From positions 21,452,001 through 21,516,000 of the forward strand of contig NC_043001.1 of NCBI RefSeq assembly GCF_006345805.1: a stretch of 64,000 nt of DNA, in the 5' to 3' direction. This document shows positions 37,469 to 51,779 of this stretch, in pieces (position 1 is the stretch's first letter; each line of letters begins with the position of its first letter). A model generated the notes under the pieces. That model saw nothing but the letters and a program-made list of their open reading frames with translations. It did no database searches and had not been told where the DNA came from. The position numbers were made by a program, and so were the translations under genes. The DNA comes from Octopus sinensis. Lineage: Eukaryota.

Positions 37469-37502
<34 letters not shown>

Positions 37503-37984
37503 ATGTATGTATTTATGTATACATGCAAAACGAGAGAAAGCAAAAATTGAAGACTTTCATACGGTGAATATTTAAATATAAATATATAGATGTTTATATT
37601 TAAGTATAAAACTTACACAGAGTACAAACGACAGAGAGAATTAAAGGGGAGGAAGTAAGGTGTTGTAAGTCCAACAGCTGTTTCTGGGGGCTCGGAGATC
37701 CATCATAATGTTGGTAGATGTATTTCATCACAATATGCATTGGATATAACCGAGCCTCCGTCATCATTGTAAAAAAAGTTCTTACATTTCAGATCATGAT
37801 GCAGAGAAGTTTAATGGGAGAATATATATGTTTACGGGAACATAGTTTATTAGTTACAAGCATAAACTACCGTGTTCTGTGATAAAACAAGATGCACTCA
37901 AAAGAAAATTGATATATCTGTAAAGCCACAAGAAAAAATGTAAACATTTTGAGTTTGATAGTAGGTGAAAATAACAACAACAGC

Positions 37985-38016
<32 letters not shown>

Positions 38017-38029
38017 CAATAATCATAAC

Positions 38030-38745
38030 AGTGCATTAAGAACCACTTACATCAAATACAGAATAGACAACATATCAGAAAGTGATAAGTGCAGAATTTG
38101 TGGACAAAATGGTGAAACCGTATGACATATTACCAGTCAATGTACGCCACTAGCCCTGAAAGGGTATAAAAGACGTCATGGCAATATAGCAAGGATTGTT
38201 CATTGGACACTTAGCAACAAGTATGGACTTGACAGAGCAAAAAATTGGTACGAACATAAACCCGAAGGCACCATCGAAAATGATAATGCAAAGATCCTGT
38301 GGGATTTTATGATTCAGTGTAACCATGAGATAGAGAATAGGAAACCAGACATAGTGTTAATTGAGAGAGAAAGCAAACGATACCGGATCATAGATATAGC
38401 ATGCCCAGCTGACAACAAGGTATACGATATGGAAGAAAGAAAAGTCGACAGATATGACAAGTTAGCTCGGGAGGTTAAGCAGTTGTGGTCGCTGAAAAAG
38501 ATGGTAGTAGTACCAATAATTGTCTGAGCCCTGGGAACACTGAGTAAAATTCTTGAGAAGTACATGGAACAAATAGGGGCTGCAATAAGGGTTGAGCACC
38601 TGCAGAAAACAGCACTGCTTGGAACTGCTTGAATACTCCGGAAGGTACTCGAAAAATAAGGAGTGTTACCTTAGTTCACTGGTAGTGAACAGCTGACACC
38701 GTAGTACACCTCCAGCGTTAGAAGCTGTGCAAAGACAATGAAATA
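38030..38745 (+). mobile_element. R4/Dong 3' fragment (CCHC + REL + 3' UTR)
   Basis: CRICG..ETV.HI and NRKPDIVLI..IIDIACP..PII; ends in AATAATAAT. Confidence 0.88.
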
Positions 38746-38764
38746 ATAATAATTAACACAACGC

Positions 38765-39335
38765 AAATATAAAAGACCCTATGACAATGTGGCAAGAATG
38801 ATCCATTGGGAGCTCTGTAGAAATTACGGCCTACAAAGTGCAAAGACGTGATATGAGCAGACCGCCGAGAGTGAGAATTGCAAAATCCTGCGGGATACAA
38901 GGATCTAGTGCGATCACCTGACCAGATATCGGACGCTTGACATTGTTATGGTAAATAAAAGAAAGAACATGTATGATAATCAACATAGCATACCCCTGTG
39001 GCAACAAGATCAATATGAAAGAAAAAATAAACAACTATGACGATTTGAAGTGAGAAATACGAAGATTGTGGTCAATGAAGGGAGTAGATGTGATACCAGT
39101 AGTAACTGGTGCACATGGAAGTATCAACACTCAACTATCAGCATGGCTGAAAAAGATTAGTGCAAGTGTGAAGGTAGAACACCTACAAAAATCAGCATTG
39201 CTTGGAACTGCAAGAATTCTTCGCAGGGTTCTTGAAACATGACCAGTAAACAATTGTCACCTTAGTCTGCTAGCTATGGACAGCTGACACTTTCCATCAT
39301 CCCCAGCAAAAATAAGCTGTGAGTTTTTAACAAAT
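38765..39335 (+). mobile_element. R4/Dong 3' fragment, different subfamily
   Basis: YDNVARMIHWEL and HLQKSALLGTARILRRVLE are readable across frameshifts; ends in AAT/AAC repeats. Confidence 0.8.
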
Positions 39336-39355
39336 AATAACAACAACAATAATAG

Positions 39356-42300
39356 TTTGCTTTGTGAAGAATGCGCTTTTTGCTGTTTGGTCACTCCGCA
39401 GGATGAAATACAAGACCTATCTAAGGGCGGATGAACTCTGAGGGGTCAACGGCCATCCAAATAATAACTTATTTACCATCAACCAACTGTGGAGCACTGA
39501 ATACTGGGTTTAGTGTCCAGTGCAGGATAGCTCACTTAAACTTCTAAGGGAGAAGGGCCGCTTTGATTCTTTTTAGACAAAACCCTGTAGAGATGGTGTC
39601 TCGATAAAATTTCTGGTGGTTGTGACACCTTATCAGCACTTTCCTCTGCATGAGAATAATGAATAATAGAATTAACACAAACAACGGCGTAAATCAGGAC
39701 GGTACTACAGGTGACGGACTTTCACCCGGCGGGTGCTCTGTGGGTGAGCAGCACAAGCCCAGTAGTTATTATACGGCTGCTGGAACTGAATGGACTAAGA
39801 TGATGAATAGAGCTGTCATGGGATATTATTTTTTGAGCAGGCCCACTGATAATGAAGGGAGACCCATGAGAGGATATAGAAAGAGGATATATAACATATG
39901 GATGGAGAAGCAGGGGTCAGATATTACGGAACAGAGACTCTGCGACCAGGTAAGAGCAATAAGGAAGAAAGGAAGGCGAACAGTGCTAGAGCTTGATGAG
40001 ATTAGGAGGAGGGTGATGACCGAAAACACGGGGAGCGATGCAGAAATAGATACAGAGATGCTGACGAGGCTGCGCTTAATGAGAATAACCGGGAGAGGTA
40101 TAATGCCTCAAGCCCTGAGTGTAGAGAAGGACTAAATATGAAGACAAAGGGACAATCGAAGACATTACTGGTATCATTGAGGTAAACCTGGATATGGATA
40201 TAAATGGATTCAGGAAAGTAGATAGAAATTTGCTCAGAGGGTGGACCCTTAAGGTGAATAAAATACTGAAAGAAATCAAGACAAATAATATAACCGGAAC
40301 GAATAGATTAATTAAAGCCTGCATCATCTATATAAGAAATAAAATAAGCTTCGAACCAAACCGTAAATTTGGGAACGAAGAAAAAGAACCTTGGTGGAAA
40401 AGAAGAATAAAACAATCAATGAACGAACTACGAAAGCATATCAACATCTTGGAAAGAAAGAAAAACGGTGAAATCAAGAGGGAGGAGAAATATCAGGAAC
40501 TAAAATGTAGATATAGGATAAAGGAAAAGGGGCTAAATGTAGCTCTTGAAGAGCTGAAAGAAAGATTGCAGGCGAAAGCGACAAAGATCAAGAGATATGA
40601 CCAAAGAATTGAACAATATAAAATCAATAGCTTGTTCCAACAAGACCTGAAAAGGGTTTAGCAACAGCTGAATGGAAAGGTTAACAGCAGTGAGAGATCA
40701 GATGCTGAAGAAAGCAAAAGGGTTTGGAGTAACATCTTGGATAATGGAAGAAAGCATAACAAAGATGCTAAATGGTCGAAAGAAGTAAGGTCGGAAAAAT
40801 ATGAAGTGAAACAGAGCAATATTAGAATAACGACTGAAATGGTAACCGAACAGGCAACAAAGATCCCAAACTGGAAATGTCTAGGACCGGGTGGAGTACA
40901 AGGATATTGACTGAAAATTCCCCAGCACTACACAGGAGAATAGCTACGTAAATGAATAAAATGATCAACGACAGTGTATAAATCCCAAAGTGTCTGACCA
41001 CAGCTAAAACAATTCTTTGCCAAAAGGATTCCAGCAAAGGCATTGCAGTGGATAATTACCAACCTATCACCTGTCTACTCCTGATGTGGAAGCTGATAAC
41101 AAGAATAATATCTAATTATGTGTATAACTTCCTGGAAATGAATGACAAACTGCCAGTGGAAGAGAAAGGGTGCAGAAGGAAAAGCCGAGGGACAAAAGAC
41201 CAACTTCTGATATACAGAATGGTACTGAACGACTGCAAGAAAATACTTACTAGTCTGGGCATGGCGTGGATCGATTATAAGAAAGCGTACGACATTGTCC
41301 CTCGTTCCTGGATTTTAGAAAGTCTTGAGCTGCTACAGATGTCCGATAACATAAAATTTTATTAGATCAATGAAAAACTGGAATACAGAGTTAATTTCAT
41401 GTAGAAAATTTTGGCGATGGTTAACATCAAGAGAGGCATATTTCAAGGAGATAGCCTGTCACTATTGCTGTTTGTGATTTGTATGATACCCCTTATACTG
41501 ATACTACTGAAAGTGACATCGGGGTACACTTTGAAAAGTAGAGGAAAATTAAACCACCTGTTATATATGGATGATTTAAAGATTTTTGGAAAGACCGAAC
41601 GTGAAATAAATGGCGTAGTTTCAACAGTGCCGATATTCAGTAAGGATATCGGAATGGAGTTTGGGACTAAAGTGTGTAGTATGCTTATAATACAAAGAGG
41701 CAAAGTAGTGTCGTCTGATTATGTATAGCTGCCCAACAGTGAGAAAATCAAGGATATTGAGACTAATGGATATAAATATTGGGGGAATTTAGAATACGAC
41801 AAAAGCAAGGAAGGTGAAATGAAGGAAAGCTTTAGGCGAGAATATCTCAGCAGAACCAAGTTAATTATGAGAAGTAGACTCAATAGAAAAAACAAGATCA
41901 GAGTAATGAACACATGGGTTGTTTCCTTAATGTGATACGGCGCAGGTGTTGTTAGGGGGACAAAGAACGAGCTTAAGGAAATGGACAGGAAAACTAGAAA
42001 AGTGATGACAATTAACAAGGAACTACATCCCCAAAAAGCGATACTGACAGACTGTGTGTGCCTAGAAACAGGGGTGGAAGAGATCTCATTGGATACAATA
42101 TCTGTGTTGTCAACGAGAAGAGCAGTCTGAGATAACACATCAATGAGCGAAGTGAATCCTTGCTTGCCACTGTTAGAATTAACAATATAATACCCACCGA
42201 AAATGCGAAGCATCCACAAATATTTAAGAAACAAAATGAAGAAGAAAGAGTAAACAACTGGAAAATGAAACTACTGCATGAGCAATACCTCAGAGGAATC

Positions 42301-43175
42301 GAAGGAAAAGACGAGATCAACATTTGGAGATGGCTAAGAAAAAGTGATCTGAAAAGATGCACTGAGGCATTGATATGCGGCACCCAGGAACAAGCTCTGA
42401 GAACTAATTGCAAATTACAAAAGTTCCAATTAGATAAGAGTAGTGAATTGCCTCTTTGTAGGATGTGTGGCAGTAGAAACGAAACAGTGTCACATATTGT
42501 GAGTGAGTGTAGCAAGCTGGCACAAAAGCACTACAAAAGGAGGCACGATAACATGGATAAGTTCGTCCACTGGAGACTATGTGAAATGTACTGCCTGAAC
42601 ACAGCACAGAAATGGTACGAACATGAACCAGAAGGAGTCATCGAGAACAAAGAACATAAGATATTGTGGGACTTTACAATCCAATGTGAACCCCTAATCG
42701 AGGCTCGGAGATCAGATAGTGTGGCAGATAAAGGGAAAAAAGGAAACCAAGATCTTAGATATTGAAATACCTGGAGATGCACGCATAAGTGACAAAGAAC
42801 TAGAAAAAAAGATTGAAAAGTACAGACTACTAAAAGACGAAATTGCAAGAATGAGGACTACGAGGAGAGTGTCTGCCATTCCAGTAGTTGTAGGAGCATT
42901 TGGAACACTAACAACCAAGTTGGAGAAATATGTCAAAGAAATCGGAATTGATATGAGAAAAGAGCAAGTCCCCAAAACTGTTCTGCTGGGGACAGCTAGA
43001 ATTTTGAGATTGGTACTTGGATGTTGATTGTCTCCCACAATAATTAACAACTAAGTGTCAAAGTTTATAATGTGTAGGAAGATGCCATGTGAGTCCTCTG
43101 ATAGCACTTTGCTGCTGTCCGCTCTCACAGAATCAATCAACCACAACAAACAAGACCAAAGATTCTGAGAAGTAA
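39356..43175 (+). mobile_element. Degraded near-full-length R4/Dong-type non-LTR retrotransposon (RT + restriction-like endonuclease)
   Basis: N-terminal RGYRKR..EQRLCDQVRAIRK. RT motifs [21 protein letters not shown] and HLLYMDDLKIF. CCHC motif CRMC..HIVSEC. REL motifs ILWDFTIQ..ARRSD and PVVVGAFG. Many stops and frameshifts; short AAT/AAC repeats at both ends. Confidence 0.9.
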
Positions 43176-43194
43176 AATAATAATAATTGTAATA

Positions 43195-43855
43195 AAAGAC
43201 AAATAATTGCTGCTCAAAGCCAGTCATTGCGGACGAATATCATTGCGACAAAGATAGATAAATCCGTGAAAAGTGCAAAGAGCTGTGTATGTAATGAAAA
43301 AGAGCAATCTGTTATGCACGTAATAAGTTCCTGTAGTCCTTTGGCACAGAAAGAGTATAGAAGCAGAGACGATTGTATGGCCAAGACACTATACTGGAAC
43401 ATATTACAGCAACGAAGATTTAAAGAAGGAAGAGTATAGTAGCAACCAGAAAGTGTAAGTGTAAGGTCTTATGGGATTTTAATGTACAGACTTCGTGCAA
43501 GGAGACCAGACGTTATCTTTCTGGACAAGGGGGAAGAGAGTGCATTATTATTGATGGCTGAGTGTTGCAATCATAGAACAGGAGAAAATATGATGTGGCT
43601 AGAGAAATACGAAGACTGTGGAGGGTTTCTACAAAAGTAATCGCAGTTGATAGAGGTGATCTAGGTACAGTCACCAACAGACCTGACTGTTTCCTTATTG
43701 AGATTGGTGTAACTATGCGAGTTGCATTAATTCAGAAATCTGCTCTGTTGGGAATATCAAGAATTGTAAGAAAGGTCCTCGGTATCTTAGGAAACTATTT
43801 GTGACCCGGTATCAATGACATTGATTCTAAATGTAAAATATTCGTGTACACCATG

Positions 43856-43857
<2 letters not shown>
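43195..43857 (+). mobile_element. R4/Dong 3' fragment, strongly diverged
   Basis: QSLRTNII..HVISSCSPLAQKEY and LIQKSALLGISRIVRKVL; followed by ~310 bp of (AAT)n. Confidence 0.78.
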
Positions 43858-44170
<313 letters not shown>

Positions 44171-45147
44171 GGACTTCCCATTATGTACAGACTGGACCAT
44201 CAAAGCAAATAAACTATTCATGATATGTAAATAAAAATATCCAAAGAGCGATGCTTTAGTTTTCAAAGAGAATTGCTCACAACTTTAATTCTAAAAGAAT
44301 ATTGTACACAAGAGTGAACGGAGAATGTTGTAAGAACAAGAAGCTTTGAATAAAAGGCATGAGTGACTTATCAAAATAACAACGAGGTGATAGGAGCAGG
44401 ATAGATGATTCCCGGAAGTACAAACAGCCAAAGTGGAGAGCACACATCTGAGACCCCCACCCCCTTCGGTCACGACATGACCATGAGATTGCACCTAGAA
44501 AGTTACCCTCCCAGGCACAAGTCTGGACAAGGTTGTTTATGGAAGACCAGTAGTCGCCCATGCATACCGGCCTCCCCTCTCCACGCTACCAGTGTTATCC
44601 AAGGGAGAGGTAAAGGCCGATACAGCTTGGCACCTGTGACGTCGCAACTCATTTCTACAGCTGAGTGAACTGGAGAAACGTGGAATAAAGTGTCTTGCTC
44701 AAGAACACGACACGCAGCCCGGTCCGAGATTCGAGCTCACAACCTCACGATCGTAAGCTCGACGCTCTAACCACTGAGCCATGCGCCTTCACCTGTACGG
44801 TTGATATTAAATGCAAAAAAGAGGGAAAGGCTTGTCAGTAATTAATCATAGACAAGGGTTAATATTAAAAGAGTAGGAGTATATTGTAAAGTTCGCGCCT
44901 TTCACAAACTCATTGATCACATCCGAGAAGTGAAAGTGTTTAAATATGACAATCGAAACTTGTTGGTGGACTCAACTTACTGGAAAAGTTTCAAATATTT
45001 CTCTATTTTACAAATAAATAACAACAGAAAAAATAGCGTCAACATCAATAAATAATTAACAATGGTCTTTGCTTAAGGTCCATATTAATTATTGACACAG
45101 ACACAAACACACATACACTCACACTCATACACACACTCACACACACG

Positions 45148-45255
<108 letters not shown>

Positions 45256-45319
45256 AGTCTGTCTATCTATCTATCTATCTATAGATAGATAGATTGATAG
45301 ATAGATAGATTTATTATTT

Positions 45320-45626
45320 ATGCGCCCTTTTCAAGCCTAGCCAGGCTCATGGGCCCGGTTTCTCGGTTTCTGTGGTGTATGTGTTCCCCACAGCTGGACG
45401 AGACGCCAGTCCATCGCAGCGTTATTCAAGAAACAGGAAGAAAGAGTGAGAGAAAGTTGGGGCGAAAGAGTACAACAGGGGTCACCACCACCCCCTGCCG
45501 GAGCCTCGTGGAGCTTTTAGGTGTTTTTGCTCAATAAACACACTCAACGCCCGGTCTGGGAATCGAAACCGCGATCCTCCGACCGCGTGTCTGCTGCCCT
45601 AACCAATGACCCATTGCGCCTCCACT
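45320..45626 (-). mobile_element. Modular tRNA-SINE (family D, V-domain-like module). Relatives with other tails: 8655-8895, 13885-14272, 17090-17403, 20290-20515, 44440-44792
   Basis: tRNA-like A/B boxes and a GCGATGGACTGGCGTCTCGTCCAG module. Head and tail blocks are shared in different combinations across copies. Confidence 0.75.
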
Positions 45627-45639
45627 GATAGATAGATAT

Positions 45640-46135
45640 GTTTCTTTATTAGCCACATAGGGCTGAACACAAAGGGGACAAATTACAAAATAGAGCTTTT
45701 CTTTTTGGGGAGAAAAAATAAATAAAAGATGGGAGGCAGGTTTTCGATCAAAAGAGATCGTAAAAAAGAAAGAAAAAAAATTATTAATAGGGATCGTGTA
45801 TCACAGAATTGTCATGATGTAAAGTATAAAGGGGTAAGCAGATAAGGTTTATCCGTGGAAAGAAAAGCCTACGGAAAAGACCACGGTAACCTCGGTCAAT
45901 AATGTCACATGTTAACACATTTATTTGCAAGTAAGTAACTCTCTGTTTTAAATTTTCCCGGGTTCATAGGATTATGCGCAAGGTGGCTTCGTCATTCATA
46001 CGTGCCATCCTTGCTACATTCACCCATTTTTTTTAAACATTCGCTAGACAAAACTTGCCTCTCTACTCTCACTTTCCTTTTCAAGTGATACTTGAAGAAG
46101 TTGATGAGAGATTGACAGAGAGGAAAGTGTGTTTA
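45640..46135 (-). mobile_element. 5'-truncated Tx1 copy (ORF2 C-terminus + 3' UTR) inside (GATA)n
   Basis: The reverse complement of 46020-46130 aligns with 63010-63130 (TCAACTTCTTCAAGTATCACTTGAAAAGG vs TCAACTTTTTCAAGTACCACTTGAAAAGG). The 3' end GTGGCTAATAAAGAAAC is followed by ATATCTATC. GATA repeats lie on both sides. Confidence 0.88.
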
Positions 46136-46148
46136 GATAGATAGATAC

Positions 46149-46245
<97 letters not shown>

Positions 46246-46694
46246 ATTTCCTGAATATGTAGCCAAATAGTACAGATGAAATTTGTAAGAAATAAAAGTG
46301 AAGAAGCACTTTTCAGAAAGTTATCAAACTTTTTACACCACCTTGATCTTTAGTACGATTATCTGAAAAGGATCATGATTCAATGTGTATGCAGTGGTAT
46401 TAAAGGAAATATCCGTTTAGACAAGATAATGCGACAAAACACAATTCATTAACTATATAATATAATAATAAAACCAAACAATTCAACTATATCAATACCT
46501 ATTTCTTTACTACCCACAAGGGGCTAAACACAGAGGGTACAAACAAGGACAGACAAACGGATTAAGTCGATTACATCGACCCCAGTGCGTAACTGGTACT
46601 TAATTTATCGACACCGAAAGGATGAAAGGCAAAGTCGACCTCGGCGGGATATTCAACTGTATCAATACCAATACATACATACATATATACAGAG

Positions 46695-46737
<43 letters not shown>

Positions 46738-46820
46738 TGTATGTGTGTGTATGTGTGTGTCTGTGTGTGTGTGTGTAACTGAGTGGAGAAACGAAAGTAT
46801 ATGGCTCTCAACACATTATT

Positions 46821-46882
<62 letters not shown>

Positions 46883-47377
46883 CAACAATAATAATAATAA
46901 TAATAATAATAACAATAATAATAATAATAATAAATGAGTTTGTTTCGGCTCCATGCAATTTATGCATAAACATACTCCAAAGAGACACGAAATCGCGATC
47001 GTTAGTTTCCTTATATAAGTGATAAAATGGGAGACAATGAAACAAGCATTAAGTATATATCAAGTTGGATAAGAAAAGGAAATAAAAATGCAATACGAAA
47101 GAAGTCTAAATATTGGGAAAAAACAGTTCAAAAAAGAAAATAATAATTCTTGGGAGCTTACCTGTGAGATAGCAACGTTAGTGACTAAATGGATGAGCAG
47201 CTTCCTGACCTGCAGTTAAATAGCTGTTGCGCCTCCTCTGCTTTGATACACGTGTCTAGGCGATTCTATATGAATATTAATGAATCTAATTCTTTGCTAT
47301 TCTTTCAAACTTCGTATCACAATTACTCTGCCACCTTATTATTGGCATTTTGTTTCATATTGACGTTTTCTTTCACC

Positions 47378-47560
47378 CTTCTTCTTCTTCTTCTTCTTCT
47401 TCTTCTTCTTCTTCTTCTTCTTCTTCTTCTTCTTCTTCTTCTTCTTCTTCTTCTTTTCTTCTTCTTCTTCTTCTTCTTCTTCTTCTTTTCTTCTTTTCTT
47501 CTTCTTCTTTTCTTCTTCTTTTCTTCTTCTTTTCTTCTTCTTCTTTCTTCTTCTTCTTCT
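47378..47560. repeat. (CTT)n microsatellite
   Basis: Seen directly in sequence. Confidence 0.97.
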
Positions 47561-47891
47561 CCAACACTTCTACCTCTCTCTCTCTTTCTCTTCTTTTCTC
47601 TCACTTTCGTTTCGCGTATTTCATTTATGTATTTATTATTATTATTTGCTTTCTCCTATTTTTCTCCTGGTATGCCAACCTGCCAATCTATATTATTGCG
47701 GACTCAGTGTTTCTATCTGTCTAATAACACCATTTCCATCTTTCTCGCTTTCTTCATTTCTCCTTCCTCTCCTTTCTCCTTCCTCTCTATCTCTCTTCTC
47801 TGTCTATCTCTCCATAAGCAAACACGTGTTTATTTTTGATGCATTTAGGGTTTCTTGATCAACAAGAAACAATTACAATATACGATTTGGT

Positions 47892-47924
<33 letters not shown>

Positions 47925-48693
47925 GCAACAGCAACAACAACAACAACAAGATAATAAGAAATCAATAACAATGAAGGGAGGAGATTCTAAAAATATTTAC
48001 TCCTACGTATTTTATTATAATTTATGGAACGATGTGAGAACAACCCCTGTAGCTTATAATTCATGGTATATAACTAATATGACGAAATGGTAATTGGATT
48101 ATGCCCACCCATTACATACAGTAGGAAACTATTAAATTACCTCTTTTACAAAGTGTTGAAAAATGTTATGAATATTTTTTAAAATCTTCCTTGAATTTTC
48201 AAATTAATTATAGCAAAAGTATTACAAACATGTCTTTTAGAATGTTTGACAAGTGCTGTTTGAAATATTAACTTTATCCCCGGTTCCAAGGACCAGGACT
48301 GTCTTGGCAGAAATGTAGACCCACAGACAAATCAACGCACTGGGCTCTAAAGTATTTATTTATTGACAACAAGCCATAGAATACTACATAGACCAGAATT
48401 GGGTCCCTAAAAACGTGAAACCCCGGGCAACTACCCTACATGCTCATGCCTTAAGATGTGCTATGTGACTAGGGGACATGTGTGTTAATCAGATGTGTTT
48501 AAGCGTTTGAATGATGGGGTTAACTTTTTCTGACATGTTTATAGGCGCAGGAGTGGCTGTGTGGTAAGTAGCTTGCTTGCCAACCACATGGTTCCGGGTT
48601 CAGTTCCACTGCGTGGCACCTTGGGCAAGTGTCTTGTGAGCGGATTTGGTAGACGGAAACTGAAAGAAGCCCGTCGTGTATATATATATATAT

Positions 48694-48743
<50 letters not shown>

Positions 48744-50409
48744 GCGCGTGTGTGCGTGTGCGTGTTTGTGTGTCTGTGTTTGTTCCCTCAACATCGCTTG
48801 ACAACCGATGCTGGTGTGTTTACGTCCCCGTAACTTAGCGGTTCGGCAAAAGGGACCGCTAGAATAAGTCCCGGGGTCGATTTGCTCGACTAAAGGCGGT
48901 GCTCCAGCATGGCCACAGTCAAATGACTGAAACAAGTAAAAGAGTAAAAGAGTGTATCTATCTGGGTATATTGTAACTAGAACGGCATGTCTTCGCTATG
49001 ATGAAATACAGGTTAACTATAAATTAAGAAATGAAAGGGACCGTTGTAAAGTTCAACGCTCGGTAAAGATTCCAGTTTGATGTTTTTCGTCTCTGTTGAG
49101 GCTGCTAATACATTTGAGGGAATCATGAACATCAGATAAACATCTTTCATTAAGCCGGGTGTTTTCTATCTGTACGAAATCAGTAATGAGTGCAAAAAGA
49201 AGTGTGAAATGTTGATTGTATCTCATCTCTGTGGCAATTACATTCAGTATTTGCATTCGTCCAAAAATATCATCAAGGTGTCTTTAATGGCGTATACTAA
49301 AAAAGTAAAAGAAAAAAGTAGTTTCTTTATTAATTCTTTTAGTTGTTTCAGTCATTGGACTGCGGCCATACTGGAGTACCATCTTGAAGTGTTTAGTCGA
49401 ACAAATCGAACAAATATGTTACTTATGCTATCAGCCCCTTTTGCCGAACCGTTATGTTACCTGGACGTAAACAAACCAACACCCATGTCAAGTGGTTGTA
49501 GGTGGGAACAAACAGAAGCAAACACACACGCACGCACACATTTATACTACGGCCTTCCATACAGTTTCTTATTTCGTTATTTCTTTACTGCTCACAAGGG
49601 GCTACACACAGAGGGGACAAACAAGGACAGACAAACGAATTAAGTCGATTATATCGGCCCCAGTGCGTAACTGGTACTTATTTAATCGACCCCGAAAGGA
49701 TGAAAGGCAAAGTCGACCTCGGCGGAATTTGAACTCAGAACGTAGCGACAGATGAAATACCTTTTTCTTTATTGCCCACAGGAGGCTAAACATAGAGGGG
49801 ACAAACAAGGACAGATAAACGGATTAAGTCGATTACATCGACCTCAGTGCATAACTGGTACTTAATTTATCGACCCCGAAAGGATGAAAGGCAAAGTCGA
49901 CCTCGGCGGAATTTGAACTCAGAACGCAGCGGCGGTCGAAATAGCACAAAGCATTTCGCCCAGCGTGCTAACGGTTCTGCCAGCTCGCCGCCTGCCATAC
50001 AGTTTCTGTCAACCCAATTGACTAACAATGTATTGATCGACCCAGAGCAATAGTAGAGGACTGAACCCGAAACCACTCGGCTGCGAAGCGAGCTTCTTAA
50101 CCATACAGCCATGCCTGCGTGTACGTTTCCAACTCTACTAATATTTTCGAGACACAAATCTGGTGAAAGAAAAGGAAGAAGTTATCTTTAACCCAAAGAC
50201 CTAATCCCAAATGCTTGCTATTGAATGGGTTCCTCTAAAGGCACCCAGGGGTGGAACGAGATGGTATTGTTTAGCTCTGTTGTTAAATAAGTCCTGTAAG
50301 TTCTTGTACATTTAAAATGCTAAAACTGTACCAAATCGTTTTCTGTTCTACAGTCTGCTATATGGAAAATATATTTTCTTGTATGTATACACACTTATAC
50401 ATATGTAAG

Positions 50410-51400
50410 ATAGATTTTTGTTCTCTTTTCTCTTCCTGGGGCAAAGAAAAGAAGAAAATTAAAGGTATTTACTAAAATAATAAGATAGAAAGATTAAAAA
50501 CTGCGGCGATAAAAAAAGGAAAAGTTGAGTTGGATAAATATGACTAGATAGCAAGTCTCGTGCGGAAGAACTAAGATATTTCGTGCAACAAGATGTGTCA
50601 AAAGTATATGGCCACTCTGACCACTAGGGTAAGTGTCCTCTCCTCATCCTCTTCTCTTAATCATTAGGTGCATGTTCAGGACAGACCCGCTCGCGGGGAC
50701 ATTCCTGTCAGTCTCACCAACCTTTTCCTCTCCACCACCACTTTTCTTTTCAACTTGAAAAAGCCGATGAGAGCTTGACAAAGACGATATCTGTCTTCAG
50801 CCCTCTCAGTCTGGTCCATCACACAATCACTATTGCTAAGGTCACCATATTGATAAAAAAAAAAAATTAATGCCTGTCCTTTCCGACCAAAGGAAGGCGG
50901 CGGGACGATCTTCACAATGGACTCAGCTGATAGCTGGTGCTCGGCATAAAGCCACAAGTTAGCTAATTTCAGGCACCGGACCAGTGCGTTCAGAACAGTT
51001 TCGTTACTCTGATCGGTCCGTTACTCATGGGTACTTCTCTACCTGTAGATGACGGCACTTCTGTACCTGTAGATGTTATCTCGAACTAGCAACGCCCTAC
51101 CCACACCAGTAGCACCGCAGGTCAGAGTCTTCTGAAAATATTTATGGACCCCGACTCAAAAGTCCTCCAGAACAGGGTAGCCAGCTGACTCTATCGATAC
51201 CCAAAGTCTTTCCGAGAACGTCGTCGCTCTTGCCCGCCGCTAACCCTTTATAGAACGCCAAAGTAGGATTTCCACCAACCAAAATGCTCGATCTGAAAAG
51301 GGATAGATTTGCTTCGGATGGTGCATATTTGTGCATCATCTATCAGACAATCAACGACCAGTGCCAACCTCTTACCTTACACCTATGCTCAAATTTTGAA
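50410..51400 (-). mobile_element. Diverged Tx1 3' fragment (second subfamily)
   Basis: Translations LSAESIVKIVPPPSFGRKG and AFYKGLAAGKSDDVLG match LSAESIVNIVPPPSFKREG and AFYRGLVEGRSDDTLG of the 60389-62959 ORF. Confidence 0.8.
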
Positions 51401-51691
51401 ATCTGTCGACCTCGGCAGAATTTGAACTCAGAATGTAGCGGCAGACGAAATGCCTATTTCTATTTCTTTACTACCCACAAGGGGCTAAACACAGAGAGGA
51501 CAAACAAGGACAGGCACACGGATTAAGTCGATTATATCGACCCCAGTGCGTAACTGGTACTTATTTAATCGACCCCGAAAGGATGAAAGGCAAAGTCGAC
51601 CCCGGCGGAATTTGAACTCAGAACATAGCAGCAGACGAAATACCGCGTAGTATTTCGCCCAGCGTCCTAACGATTCTGTCAGCTCGCTGCC

Positions 51692-51763
<72 letters not shown>

Positions 51764-51779
51764 TTAATAATAATTTTTT

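Noticed and set aside
39356-39650. HDV-like ribozyme in the R4/Dong 5' UTR
   Set aside because: Hairpins exist, but I could not build the nested double pseudoknot with a proper J4/2; a covariance search would be needed.
48280-48500. Possible solo LTR
   Set aside because: No second copy, TG..CA ends or TSD identified.
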